This document shows positions 46,622 through 54,434 of a stretch of 60,517 nt of DNA, in pieces; the first letter of the stretch is position 1; the number at the start of each line of letters is the position of its first letter. The notes under the pieces were generated by a model, which worked only from the letters and a program-made list of their open reading frames with translations, had not been told where the DNA came from and ran no database searches. The stretch is from Eubacteriales bacterium. Its GTDB lineage: Bacteria > Bacillota > Clostridia > Oscillospirales > QAKW01. The position numbers and the translations under genes were made by a program. The stretch lies in contig JAZNGR010000130.1 in the NCBI GenBank assembly GCA_045576575.1, positions 1 to 60,517 of the forward strand. The letters run 5' to 3'.

Positions 46622-47910
46622 TGCAAACGACAACTTATCAATGTTCGATGATCGGTGAGGAATATCAAAAATTGATCCATCCCAGCGGTCTTACGATCTA
46701 CTATATGAATAAGCCGCAGAAGGCAAAAAAGGCAGCAATGATCGCAACAAAGTTTGGTTCTGTAAACTTCTGCTTTAAAACATTGGACGGTCGCGAAGTT
46801 TCGGTCCCCAACGGCACAGCTCATTTTTTAGAGCATAAACTTTTTGAGGGTAAGGATGGAAACGCTTTTGATTTTTACGGGAAGACCGGCGCAAAAGCGA
46901 ACGCCTATACGTCCAATGATAAAACGGCATATTATTTTGTTTGCAGTGACCGTTTTAATGATAATCTTAATATTTTGTTGTCTTTTGTAACCCATCCTTA
47001 TCTCACAAATGAAAATGTGGAAAAAGAAAAGGGGATCATTGCTCAAGAAATCAAAATGTATGAAGATGAACCCGGATGGCAGGGCTATTTCACCATGGTG
47101 CAGGGGTTATATCAGGATCATCCCATTTGTCGTGACATTGCCGGCACAGTGGATGATATTTATTCTTTGACTCCGGAGATTCTGATGGACTGTTATAATA
47201 CCTTTTATCATCCCGCCAACTTGGTTTTGGCGGTCGCGGGGGATGTTCCTTTGGATGAGGTGTTGAAGACGGTTGACCGCTATTTTGAGGCGGGGGAGAA
47301 ACGCGCATCCATTGACCTCCCGATTCAAGAACCGGATGCCGCAAGAGTGCGATATACAGAAAAAGAAATGCTGGTTTCCCGCCCGATTTTCCATTTGGGC
47401 TTTAAAGACAACCATACCGATGTGGATGGTTTTGCTCTTGCTAAGAAAGAGATGGAAGTGGAGATCTTGCTGGAGTATTTGTTTGGTAAGTCCTCTACGT
47501 TTTATAAAGAATTATATGAAACCGGTTTAATCAATAATGAATTTGACTGCTGGTATGATCTTTCGGATTATTTCTCTTTTTGCGTAATAAACGGCGAGAG
47601 CGATGACCCGAAGGCGGTGGAAGAACAGGCGTTTCGTCATATTGATACACTTTTTGAAAAAGGTGTAGAGGAAGAGCGTTTTAAGGAAATTCGTAATGGC
47701 TTGTACGGTGCTTTGGTTGTTGAAACCGATCACGCCTATGGGATGGTCAATCGTTTTATCGGTAATCATCTAAACGGTGCTGTAACCTTGGATTCCATTG
47801 CGGCTTTGCAGATGATCACCGCTTCGGATCTTGTTGAGAGAGCGAAAGAAATGTTTTCACGGGAGCGTAGTTGCCTTTCGGTGATCAAGCCTTTGAAGGA
47901 GGATAAATAA
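46618..47910 (+). CDS. M16-family zinc peptidase (insulinase-like)
   Basis: 430 aa. Inverted zinc motif HFLEHKLFEG and a downstream E in AQEIKMYEDEP. Confidence 0.88.
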   Translation: MMQTTTYQCSMIGEEYQKLIHPSGLTIYYMNKPQKAKKAAMIATKFGSVNFCFKTLDGREVSVPNGTAHFLEHKLFEGKDGNAFDFYGKTGAKANAYTSNDKTAYYFVCSDRFNDNLNILLSFVTHPYLTNENVEKEKGIIAQEIKMYEDEPGWQGYFTMVQGLYQDHPICRDIAGTVDDIYSLTPEILMDCYNTFYHPANLVLAVAGDVPLDEVLKTVDRYFEAGEKRASIDLPIQEPDAARVRYTEKEMLVSRPIFHLGFKDNHTDVDGFALAKKEMEVEILLEYLFGKSSTFYKELYETGLINNEFDCWYDLSDYFSFCVINGESDDPKAVEEQAFRHIDTLFEKGVEEERFKEIRNGLYGALVVETDHAYGMVNRFIGNHLNGAVTLDSIAALQMITASDLVERAKEMFSRERSCLSVIKPLKEDK

Positions 47911-47911
47911 A

Positions 47912-48841
47912 GTGGATTATAATACTGTATCGTTTCCCGGCCTTGGGATCGGAGAGTTTACGATTAACCCTACTGCATTTAAAATTACGGAGAATATCAC
48001 CATTGAATGGTATGCCATTGTGATATGTATTGGCATTTTGGCCGCGTACTTTATTTGTGATCGTCTGGCAAAGCGGTTTCAAATTAAGAGTGATGATATT
48101 TTGGACGGAATGTTGGTGGGGTTGCCTGCGGGCTTTATTGGGGCGCGTGTGTGGTACATATTGGGCGATTTGGACAGTTTTGATTCCTTTATGGATATGA
48201 TCAGCGTGTGGAACGGTGGACTTGCTATCTATGGAGGTGTTTTGGGCGCTGTACTTGCAGTTGCCGTTTTTTGCAAAGTTAAAAAGATTTCCTTGCCCAA
48301 TTTGCTGGATTTGGTGTCCATTGGCTTTATGATCGGACAGATCATTGGTCGCTGGGGCAATTTCGCCAATGTGGAAGTATTCGGTGTTCAAACCGAACTT
48401 CCTTGGCGTATGGGCGTTGGCGTTGATTGCATTGCCGAATATGTCCATCCTCTCTTCTTATATGAATCTCTTTGGAATTTGTTGGGGCTTTTGATTATTC
48501 TTGGCTATATGGACTTCCGTAAATATAAAGGCGAACTCTTTTTGATGTATATGACTTGGTATGGTATTGGGCGTGCCTGGATGGAGCCGCTGAGGGATGT
48601 AGCATATAATTTGCACATTTTTGGTTTGCGGATCAATATGGTTCTTGCAATGGTTATGGCGCTGTTGTCTTTGAGCGGATTAATTTTTATTTGGATCAAA
48701 AAACCTTCTCGCCTGAAACTGGAGGTTGCGGTTACCGGGGAAGAAAAACCGGAGTATGTTCCGCAGTTTGATTATGCTGTGGAAGAAGATGTCGATACCG
48801 CAGAAGAAAATGAGGTGGAAGAAAATGGCGAAGATCATTGA
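47912..48841 (+). CDS. lgt: Prolipoprotein diacylglyceryl transferase
   Basis: 309 aa. GTG start with an AAGGAGGA RBS. GGLAIYGGVLG and GRWGNFANVE. Acidic C-terminal tail. Confidence 0.93.
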   Translation: MDYNTVSFPGLGIGEFTINPTAFKITENITIEWYAIVICIGILAAYFICDRLAKRFQIKSDDILDGMLVGLPAGFIGARVWYILGDLDSFDSFMDMISVWNGGLAIYGGVLGAVLAVAVFCKVKKISLPNLLDLVSIGFMIGQIIGRWGNFANVEVFGVQTELPWRMGVGVDCIAEYVHPLFLYESLWNLLGLLIILGYMDFRKYKGELFLMYMTWYGIGRAWMEPLRDVAYNLHIFGLRINMVLAMVMALLSLSGLIFIWIKKPSRLKLEVAVTGEEKPEYVPQFDYAVEEDVDTAEENEVEENGEDH

Positions 48842-49679
48842 TGGGAAGAGTATTTCTCTTCAGGTTCGTGAAATTATTAAAAAAGAAACGCTTGCTTTGA
48901 TGGAACAAGGGGTTCGCCCCGGACTGGCGGTGGTAATCGTTGGTGAAGATAGTGCCTCCAAAGTTTATGTGCGCAATAAAATTAAGGCTTGCGAGGAAGT
49001 CGGTTTTTATTCAGAAAACTATGCTCTGCCCGAAGAAACTGCTGAAGATGATTTGCTTTCTTTGGTGCAGCAATTGAACAAAGATCCTGCGATCCATGGT
49101 ATTCTTGTGCAATTGCCATTGCCGAAACATTTGGATGCCAATAAAGTGATTGCAGCGATTGATCCTAAAAAGGATGTTGATGCCTTTCATGTGCAGAACG
49201 TGGGGAAGATCATGCTGGGTCAATATGATTTTTTGCCCTGTACTCCTGCAGGCGTTATGAAATTGCTGGAGTACAGTGGAATTGATGTAGCGGGGAAGGA
49301 TTGCGTTGTTGTGGGAAGAAGCAATATTGTGGGCAAGCCTCAGGCAATGCTTTTGCTTCATGCCAATGCCACTGTGCAGATCTGTCATTCCAAAACAAAA
49401 GATCTTGCTCAAAAAACTGCGGCAGCTGATGTTTTGATCGTTGCCATCGGAAAGGCCAAATTTATTACGGCCGATATGATCAAAGAGGGGGCAATTGTCA
49501 TTGATGTTGGCATGAATCGGGATGAAAATGGCAAACTTTGCGGAGATGTGGATTTTGATGGTTGCTTTGCGAAGGCGTCCTATATCACCCCTGTTCCCGG
49601 TGGGGTTGGACCGATGACAATTTCCATGCTGATGCAGAATACCCTTGCAGCAGCAAAACTTACGTTGAAAGAGGATTAA
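48825..49679 (+). CDS. folD: Bifunctional methylenetetrahydrofolate dehydrogenase / methenyl-THF cyclohydrolase
   Basis: MAKIIDGKSIS, YVRNKIKACEEVG, VVGRSNIVGKP and PVPGGVGPMT. Start taken at the ATG at 48825, overlapping the lgt 3' end by 17 nt. Confidence 0.95.
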   Translation: MAKIIDGKSISLQVREIIKKETLALMEQGVRPGLAVVIVGEDSASKVYVRNKIKACEEVGFYSENYALPEETAEDDLLSLVQQLNKDPAIHGILVQLPLPKHLDANKVIAAIDPKKDVDAFHVQNVGKIMLGQYDFLPCTPAGVMKLLEYSGIDVAGKDCVVVGRSNIVGKPQAMLLLHANATVQICHSKTKDLAQKTAAADVLIVAIGKAKFITADMIKEGAIVIDVGMNRDENGKLCGDVDFDGCFAKASYITPVPGGVGPMTISMLMQNTLAAAKLTLKED

Positions 49680-49682
49680 AGA

Positions 49683-50390
49683 ATGGGTGCATTGTTGCAA
49701 AATGTTGCGGTGGCTTGGCCGTCTATTTTAATGGGTGCGGTTATCCCCTTTACCGTGTTGTTGGTCTTATATTGCTCAAAAGTGCGCAAGGAGGTAGCAT
49801 TTCAATCGGTTTTGCATGGATTTGTTACCTTTCTTTTGGCATTGGTAGTCGATGCAGTGCTTATTGTTGTTGCTGCTCAAGTGTTTCTGCCGGCGATTGC
49901 TGTATCGGACCAATCAAGTGCCAACACCTATATTTATATTGGCGGTTCGCTGGCGTTGTTGATTTTTTATTTATGTACAGAGGCGATAAAATTCTTCACC
50001 TACGGTAATCTTGCAAGTCTTGATAAAAAACGTTATGCAGGTTTGACTTTCGGATGCGGTTTTATCCTGGCGCAGAACCTTCTGATTATCGGTTTGATTT
50101 ATGTTGGAGAAATTGATATGAGTCAAGCATTAGGTTTTGGCGTTTTGATGTTGATCAGTGCAGTGATCTATCTTTTGATTTCTGAGATCGGATATCAACT
50201 TGTGTTGGAACATCATCGAGTGGTGAGCCCGGTGCTGGCACTTTCCTATTATTTGATGTTTGTCGTGATGTTGCTGTTTGCTAACGTTTATATCACGTAT
50301 GGCTTTATCGCTGCCGTATTGGTCTTTAATTTGATCATGGCTTATGTTTTGCTCCCGTTGCCGTTTAAGAAAGGGAAGGAGGTTTTGTGA
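49683..50390 (+). CDS. Hypothetical polytopic membrane protein
   Basis: 235 aa, about 7 hydrophobic segments, AAGAGGA RBS, begins 4 nt after the folD stop. No family recognised. Confidence 0.6.
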   Translation: MGALLQNVAVAWPSILMGAVIPFTVLLVLYCSKVRKEVAFQSVLHGFVTFLLALVVDAVLIVVAAQVFLPAIAVSDQSSANTYIYIGGSLALLIFYLCTEAIKFFTYGNLASLDKKRYAGLTFGCGFILAQNLLIIGLIYVGEIDMSQALGFGVLMLISAVIYLLISEIGYQLVLEHHRVVSPVLALSYYLMFVVMLLFANVYITYGFIAAVLVFNLIMAYVLLPLPFKKGKEVL

Positions 50391-51352
50391 TGAAAGAAAT
50401 CCTGGTTTCTTATTTGATCACCCTTCTTATCTCGGTCATTGGAATTGCGGGGGGGATGCTCTTTTATAAAAAGGTTTTGAAGACAAAGATTCATTTAACA
50501 TCGATTCTTATCGGAATCATTGATGCAGTGTTTTTGTTTACCGCGCTTATTATGGTATTTCAAATGACATTTTCGTCTATTGCCTACTATAATACACCGT
50601 TTTTTCGAACATTGGTCGGCTTGGTGTTTCTGTGTCTTTTTTCCTTGGCCCGTTTCTGGATTCGGAAAAGTTATTTCGACGGATATAAGGATCGGCACAG
50701 TAAAGTTTCGCTGATTGTTTTTGGACTCATTCCCTTGGGGATGGCCATCCTCTTGGGATTGTTGATGCTTGCTCAGAAACAGTTTATGATTCCGTTGATT
50801 TTATGCTTACTGAGCATGGTACATTTTTTATTGGTTCGATTTGGACTTTTGACCGGGACGGTGAAAGATCAGGGCCAATCCTTCGGCCTTGGCTTTGGTT
50901 TGTCACCAATTCTGTTTGTGGGTTTTTATGTATTGATCATGATTGCCGTTCTATTAAAGAATTGCTTATTCAACGGTCCGGGTATCATTAACGATGGATA
51001 CATTAGTTTCGCAGACAATACAATTATTGCGATTTTTCAGCCTGTGATCGGGCATGTCTCTTTTGCGTCAGCACTTTTATTCTATGCGGCTTTTGTTATT
51101 GCTTTTGATTGCTATGTTCAAAAGATCAATTTTGGCAAATATCCATTGTCGGTGTCAATTATTTGGTGCATTCTTTTGGTGTTCATGGAGGGACTGTCAA
51201 TTTTGCCGATTCCCTTTATTAAAATGTATGGCTTGGAACATTGGCACCTGCCGATCATTACCGGAGTTCTTGCGCTGATGGCAGGTTTATTTGTGCGGTT
51301 TATGCCCAAGAAAAAGGAAATGGATACTACTTATACAAAGCAGTTTGAATGA
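50387..51352 (+). CDS. Hypothetical polytopic membrane protein
   Basis: 321 aa, about 9 hydrophobic segments, GAAGGAGG RBS, GTGATG overlap with the previous gene. No family recognised. Confidence 0.6.
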   Translation: MMKEILVSYLITLLISVIGIAGGMLFYKKVLKTKIHLTSILIGIIDAVFLFTALIMVFQMTFSSIAYYNTPFFRTLVGLVFLCLFSLARFWIRKSYFDGYKDRHSKVSLIVFGLIPLGMAILLGLLMLAQKQFMIPLILCLLSMVHFLLVRFGLLTGTVKDQGQSFGLGFGLSPILFVGFYVLIMIAVLLKNCLFNGPGIINDGYISFADNTIIAIFQPVIGHVSFASALLFYAAFVIAFDCYVQKINFGKYPLSVSIIWCILLVFMEGLSILPIPFIKMYGLEHWHLPIITGVLALMAGLFVRFMPKKKEMDTTYTKQFE

Positions 51353-51923
51353 TTGCCGGCAAGCCGTTTTCATAAAACACACCCTTTTCACTGAACCGAA
51401 TTTCTTCATAGGGGACCGCGAGTAATTGATTGAGACCGGTATATTGCTCAATATATTCCGTTCCAATTCCTGCGGGAACGGTATAACCGGAAAAGGTGAT
51501 CGTATCGGTGACGAAGCAACCGTTTCCGATTTCGTTTTTTCCCAAGTGTCCTTCGATGGAAATGGTTTCATTTTTAAGAGCTTTAAGCAAGACTTCTAAT
51601 GAGCTTAATTCGCCAATTAGCGTTGAAAAACGCTCGGGACTGGTAAATGTTCCGCAAATACTGAAATAACCATCTTCTTTTCCAACAAATGAAATGTTTT
51701 CAATAAAACCAAGTTCACTTAGGTTTTGTTCAATTAGTTTTGAAAAGGTTTCGTTGCTCAATGTGCCGTCCCTGGATGGAGTTAATTGATTTTGCGGGTG
51801 AGGTTCATTATTGGGAAAGGGGGTTGTTTTTGAGAAAAAAATGTTGTATGCTAATAGAGAACCTGCGAGAAGCATAAAAAGGATGGTAGACCATCTGATA
51901 ATGTTTTGATTTGTTTTTTTCAT
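51327..51923 (-). CDS. Hypothetical membrane-anchored protein
   Basis: 198 aa. N-terminal signal-anchor (WSTILFMLLAGSLLAYNIFF), globular-looking remainder, GAAAGGA RBS. It is the only long ORF filling the 600-bp gap. Confidence 0.55.
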   Translation of the reverse strand: MKKTNQNIIRWSTILFMLLAGSLLAYNIFFSKTTPFPNNEPHPQNQLTPSRDGTLSNETFSKLIEQNLSELGFIENISFVGKEDGYFSICGTFTSPERFSTLIGELSSLEVLLKALKNETISIEGHLGKNEIGNGCFVTDTITFSGYTVPAGIGTEYIEQYTGLNQLLAVPYEEIRFSEKGVFYENGLPAIIQTALYK

Positions 51924-51952
51924 AATAGATCCTTTCTACTTGGAGGTATAAA

Positions 51953-52954
51953 ATGAAAACTAAGAATAAGATTGCGCTGTTTTTAAGCCTTGTTTGTGTA
52001 GTTGTTCTAACGGTTGTTTCAGCGTGTACTGTTTGGGAGGATTATAAAAAACCGCCCCAAGAGGAGCATTCCGCACCTGTTGTGGATTCCGGCGAAGAAA
52101 CAAAGGATGAGCAGAATAACAGCGAACAACCTGATGATCCTGCGGATTCTGAGCCTGATGAAACTGAAACATCAAAGCCCGAACCGAAACCGGAGCCCGA
52201 ACCTGAACCTGAACCTGAACCGAAACCCGAACCTGAACCAGAACCTGAGCCTGAACCGAAACCTTCGGTGGATGAGCCGGTCAATGTTCCTCTCAGTGGA
52301 TTGAATCCGGATCCGAAAACCGCCGAAGAGATCAAGGCGGTTTTGAATGATCCGTATATGATCTTGGTGAATCGCGATCATAAGGTTTCATCGGATTATG
52401 TTCCCTCTAACCTGGTGAAGTTTTCTCGCGCCAATTATTATCAATTGAACAGTACTTGTGCCAATGCTTTGTTGCAATTGATTAAAGCAGGAGAAAAAGC
52501 GGGCTATAATTATACTTTGTACTCCGGTTACCGTACTTATTCCAGCCAGTATAATAAATATTACAATAAGATTGATTACCATAAGGGGCAAGGAAAGTCG
52601 GAAGAGGAAGCCATTCGTCTGACAAACCAATATTACGCCCCTCCCGGTGCGAGCGAACATCATACCGGACTTGCTGCGGATGTTTGTATTCCTTCCATCG
52701 TTAATAAATATGCATCATTACATGAGAATTACGACCAAACTGCAGAATTTAGATGGTTTTCTGCTCATGCTCATGAATATGGTTTCATTCTTCGTTATCG
52801 CAAGGGTGATGAAGATATTACAGGCTATAATTATGAACCTTGGCATTATCGTTATGTTGGTATTGAGGTGGCGACAGAGATCTATAATCGTGATATTACC
52901 TTTGAAGAATACATTGAAGATCTGGAAAGCCGTTTGGCTGCACTGGAAAACTGA
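51953..52954 (+). CDS. VanY-like D-alanyl-D-alanine carboxypeptidase (M15B) with a Pro/Glu/Lys repeat linker
   Basis: 333 aa. Signal/lipobox-like VVSAC, a (PE)n-K linker, SGYRTYSSQ, SEHHTGLAADV and EPWHYRYVG. Confidence 0.88.
   Translation: MKTKNKIALFLSLVCVVVLTVVSACTVWEDYKKPPQEEHSAPVVDSGEETKDEQNNSEQPDDPADSEPDETETSKPEPKPEPEPEPEPEPKPEPEPEPEPEPKPSVDEPVNVPLSGLNPDPKTAEEIKAVLNDPYMILVNRDHKVSSDYVPSNLVKFSRANYYQLNSTCANALLQLIKAGEKAGYNYTLYSGYRTYSSQYNKYYNKIDYHKGQGKSEEEAIRLTNQYYAPPGASEHHTGLAADVCIPSIVNKYASLHENYDQTAEFRWFSAHAHEYGFILRYRKGDEDITGYNYEPWHYRYVGIEVATEIYNRDITFEEYIEDLESRLAALEN
52178..52265 (+). repeat. In-frame hexanucleotide tandem repeat (GAACCT/GAACCG) encoding PEPKPEPEPEPEPEPKPEPEPEPEPEPKP
   Basis: About 15 imperfect 6-nt units, seen directly. 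Lies inside the VanY-like CDS. Confidence 0.9.
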
Positions 52955-52958
52955 TAAC

Positions 52959-52990
52959 AACCCGAAGAGCAAAATGCTCTTCGGGTTTTT
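52959..52990 (+). terminator. Terminator after the VanY-like gene
   Basis: AACCCGAAGAGC / GCTCTTCGGGTT hairpin followed by TTTT. Confidence 0.8.
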
Positions 52991-53038
52991 GCATATTATT
53001 GCGTTCATCGTGAAGAATATAGAACGAGGTGATCGGGA

Positions 53039-53716
53039 ATGGCGGTTAGTGTTCTTCGTTGTGTTCTATTGTATTTTTCGGTAGTTTTGGCGGTTCGCAT
53101 TATGGGAAAACGCCAAATTGGAGAGTTGCAACCGTCTGAATTGGTGATCACGATCTTGATTTCGGAACTGGCATCATTGCCGCTTCAAGATTTGAACATG
53201 CCGCTGATATGGGGAATTATGCCGATGTTTTTGCTGGTCGGTTTAGAGTTGTTGATGTCCTTTATCGCACTAAAATCAATGAGATTTCGCCGTTTGTTTT
53301 ATGGCAGACCGATTGTTTTGATCTATCAAGGCAAGGTGAATCAATACGAATTATTGCGTACCAGAGTATCAATGGAAGATATTATGGAGGCAATGCGTGG
53401 TAGCGGTATTATAAGAGTTGAAGATATTTTAATAGCCGTTCTGGAGACCAATGGTACTGTTTCGGTTATACCAAAGCCGCAATGCGCTCCCCCTACAGCG
53501 GAGGATCTGGGAGTGAAAACAAAAGAGGGGGGAGGAATCCCGATTATTTTGGTGATGAACGGATGTAAACTTAAAAAGAACATGGAAGATAAAAGCATCG
53601 ACGATTATGCTCTTTCGGCAATCATTAATGGTTATGGTATCAAAATAGAGGATATATTTATGCTGACGATGGACGATAACAAAAAAACATATTTGATTCG
53701 GCGGGAGAGTAAATGA
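53039..53716 (+). CDS. DUF421/YetF-family membrane protein
   Basis: 225 aa. YetF-like N-terminus (VVLAVRIMGKRQIGELQPSELVITILISELAS) and a C-terminal soluble domain (EDIMEAMRGSGI...VLETNGTVSVI). Confidence 0.85.
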   Translation: MAVSVLRCVLLYFSVVLAVRIMGKRQIGELQPSELVITILISELASLPLQDLNMPLIWGIMPMFLLVGLELLMSFIALKSMRFRRLFYGRPIVLIYQGKVNQYELLRTRVSMEDIMEAMRGSGIIRVEDILIAVLETNGTVSVIPKPQCAPPTAEDLGVKTKEGGGIPIILVMNGCKLKKNMEDKSIDDYALSAIINGYGIKIEDIFMLTMDDNKKTYLIRRESK

Positions 53717-54102
53717 AACGCACAATGGTTGCCCTTGGGCTTATAACGCTGTTTATTTTGACGGTCGTATTGCTTGATTTTTGGTTTATGACGGGCTTTG
53801 CTAAGGAAATGAATAATCAATTGGATCGAGTTGAAGCAGCGGAAAGTTTTGAAGAGAAAAAGGAATTTGCCCTAAAAATGGATGAGTACTATTCAAAGCG
53901 GAGTTTTATTGCCCATCGTCTTGTTCCAACCGACCGTTTGGACGAACTGAAGGCGCTTCTTCATAAACTAAACGCATATATTCAGACAAAAGAAGAGCAT
54001 GAGGTTTTGGCAACAACAGCCGAGATTCGCTCAAAAGTAAATTCGATGTATTCCACTGCGTTTTATCTTTGGTACCACCCTGAAGAGTTTTGCATAGAAT
54101 AA
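53713..54102 (+). CDS. DUF4363-like small membrane-anchored protein
   Basis: 129 aa. One N-terminal TM plus a helical domain. ATGA overlap with the DUF421 gene. I recall the DUF421-DUF4363 pairing as a common Firmicute arrangement. Confidence 0.55.
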   Translation: MKRTMVALGLITLFILTVVLLDFWFMTGFAKEMNNQLDRVEAAESFEEKKEFALKMDEYYSKRSFIAHRLVPTDRLDELKALLHKLNAYIQTKEEHEVLATTAEIRSKVNSMYSTAFYLWYHPEEFCIE

Positions 54103-54134
54103 GGCAAGAATACTGCGGAAAGGATGCGATTTGG

Positions 54135-54290
54135 ATGAAATGCAACGGTTTAATCAAAATCGGGGGATGTGTGGTGGCTTCGATTGCGCTCGGTATTCTG
54201 ATCCAAATTTTCTTGCCGGATATTCTGATCATTGCGATTTGTTGCGTCCTGGTAGTTATTATGGGCGTCTTGATCGCAAAATTCAATTAA
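54135..54290 (+). CDS. Hypothetical 51-aa two-TM micro-protein
   Basis: MKCNGLIKIGGCVVASIALGILIQIFLPDILIIAICCVLVVIMGVLIAKFN. GAAAGGA lies 10 nt upstream of the ATG at 54135. The ORF-track TTG start at 54090 is less likely. Confidence 0.4.
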   Translation: MKCNGLIKIGGCVVASIALGILIQIFLPDILIIAICCVLVVIMGVLIAKFN

Positions 54291-54303
54291 GGAGTGAATC
54301 TGT

Positions 54304-54384
54304 ATGCAAATCGTAGTTGTGAAGGCGCCAAAGTTTTTGAGGGGCATTTTAAAGCGCGTTTTTAAAATACATAACGAGGTATAA
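54304..54384 (+). CDS. spoVM: Stage V sporulation protein M (26-aa amphipathic coat-anchoring peptide)
   Basis: Absent from the ORF track. AAGGAG RBS 8 nt upstream. The product MQIVVVKAPKFLRGILKRVFKIHNEV has the same length as B. subtilis SpoVM and shares its PKFLxGI core (recalled as MKFYTIKLPKFLGGIVRAMLGSFRKD). Confidence 0.7.
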   Translation: MQIVVVKAPKFLRGILKRVFKIHNEV

Positions 54385-54434
54385 ATAATCGGATTCGGGC
54401 ATAAATATTATCAAAAAACAAAGGAGCCTGGATC

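Noticed and set aside
52178-52265. The short tandem repeat as a CRISPR-like or non-coding minisatellite.
   Set aside because: The period is 6 nt with no spacers, and it lies in frame inside the VanY-like CDS, encoding a PE/K linker.
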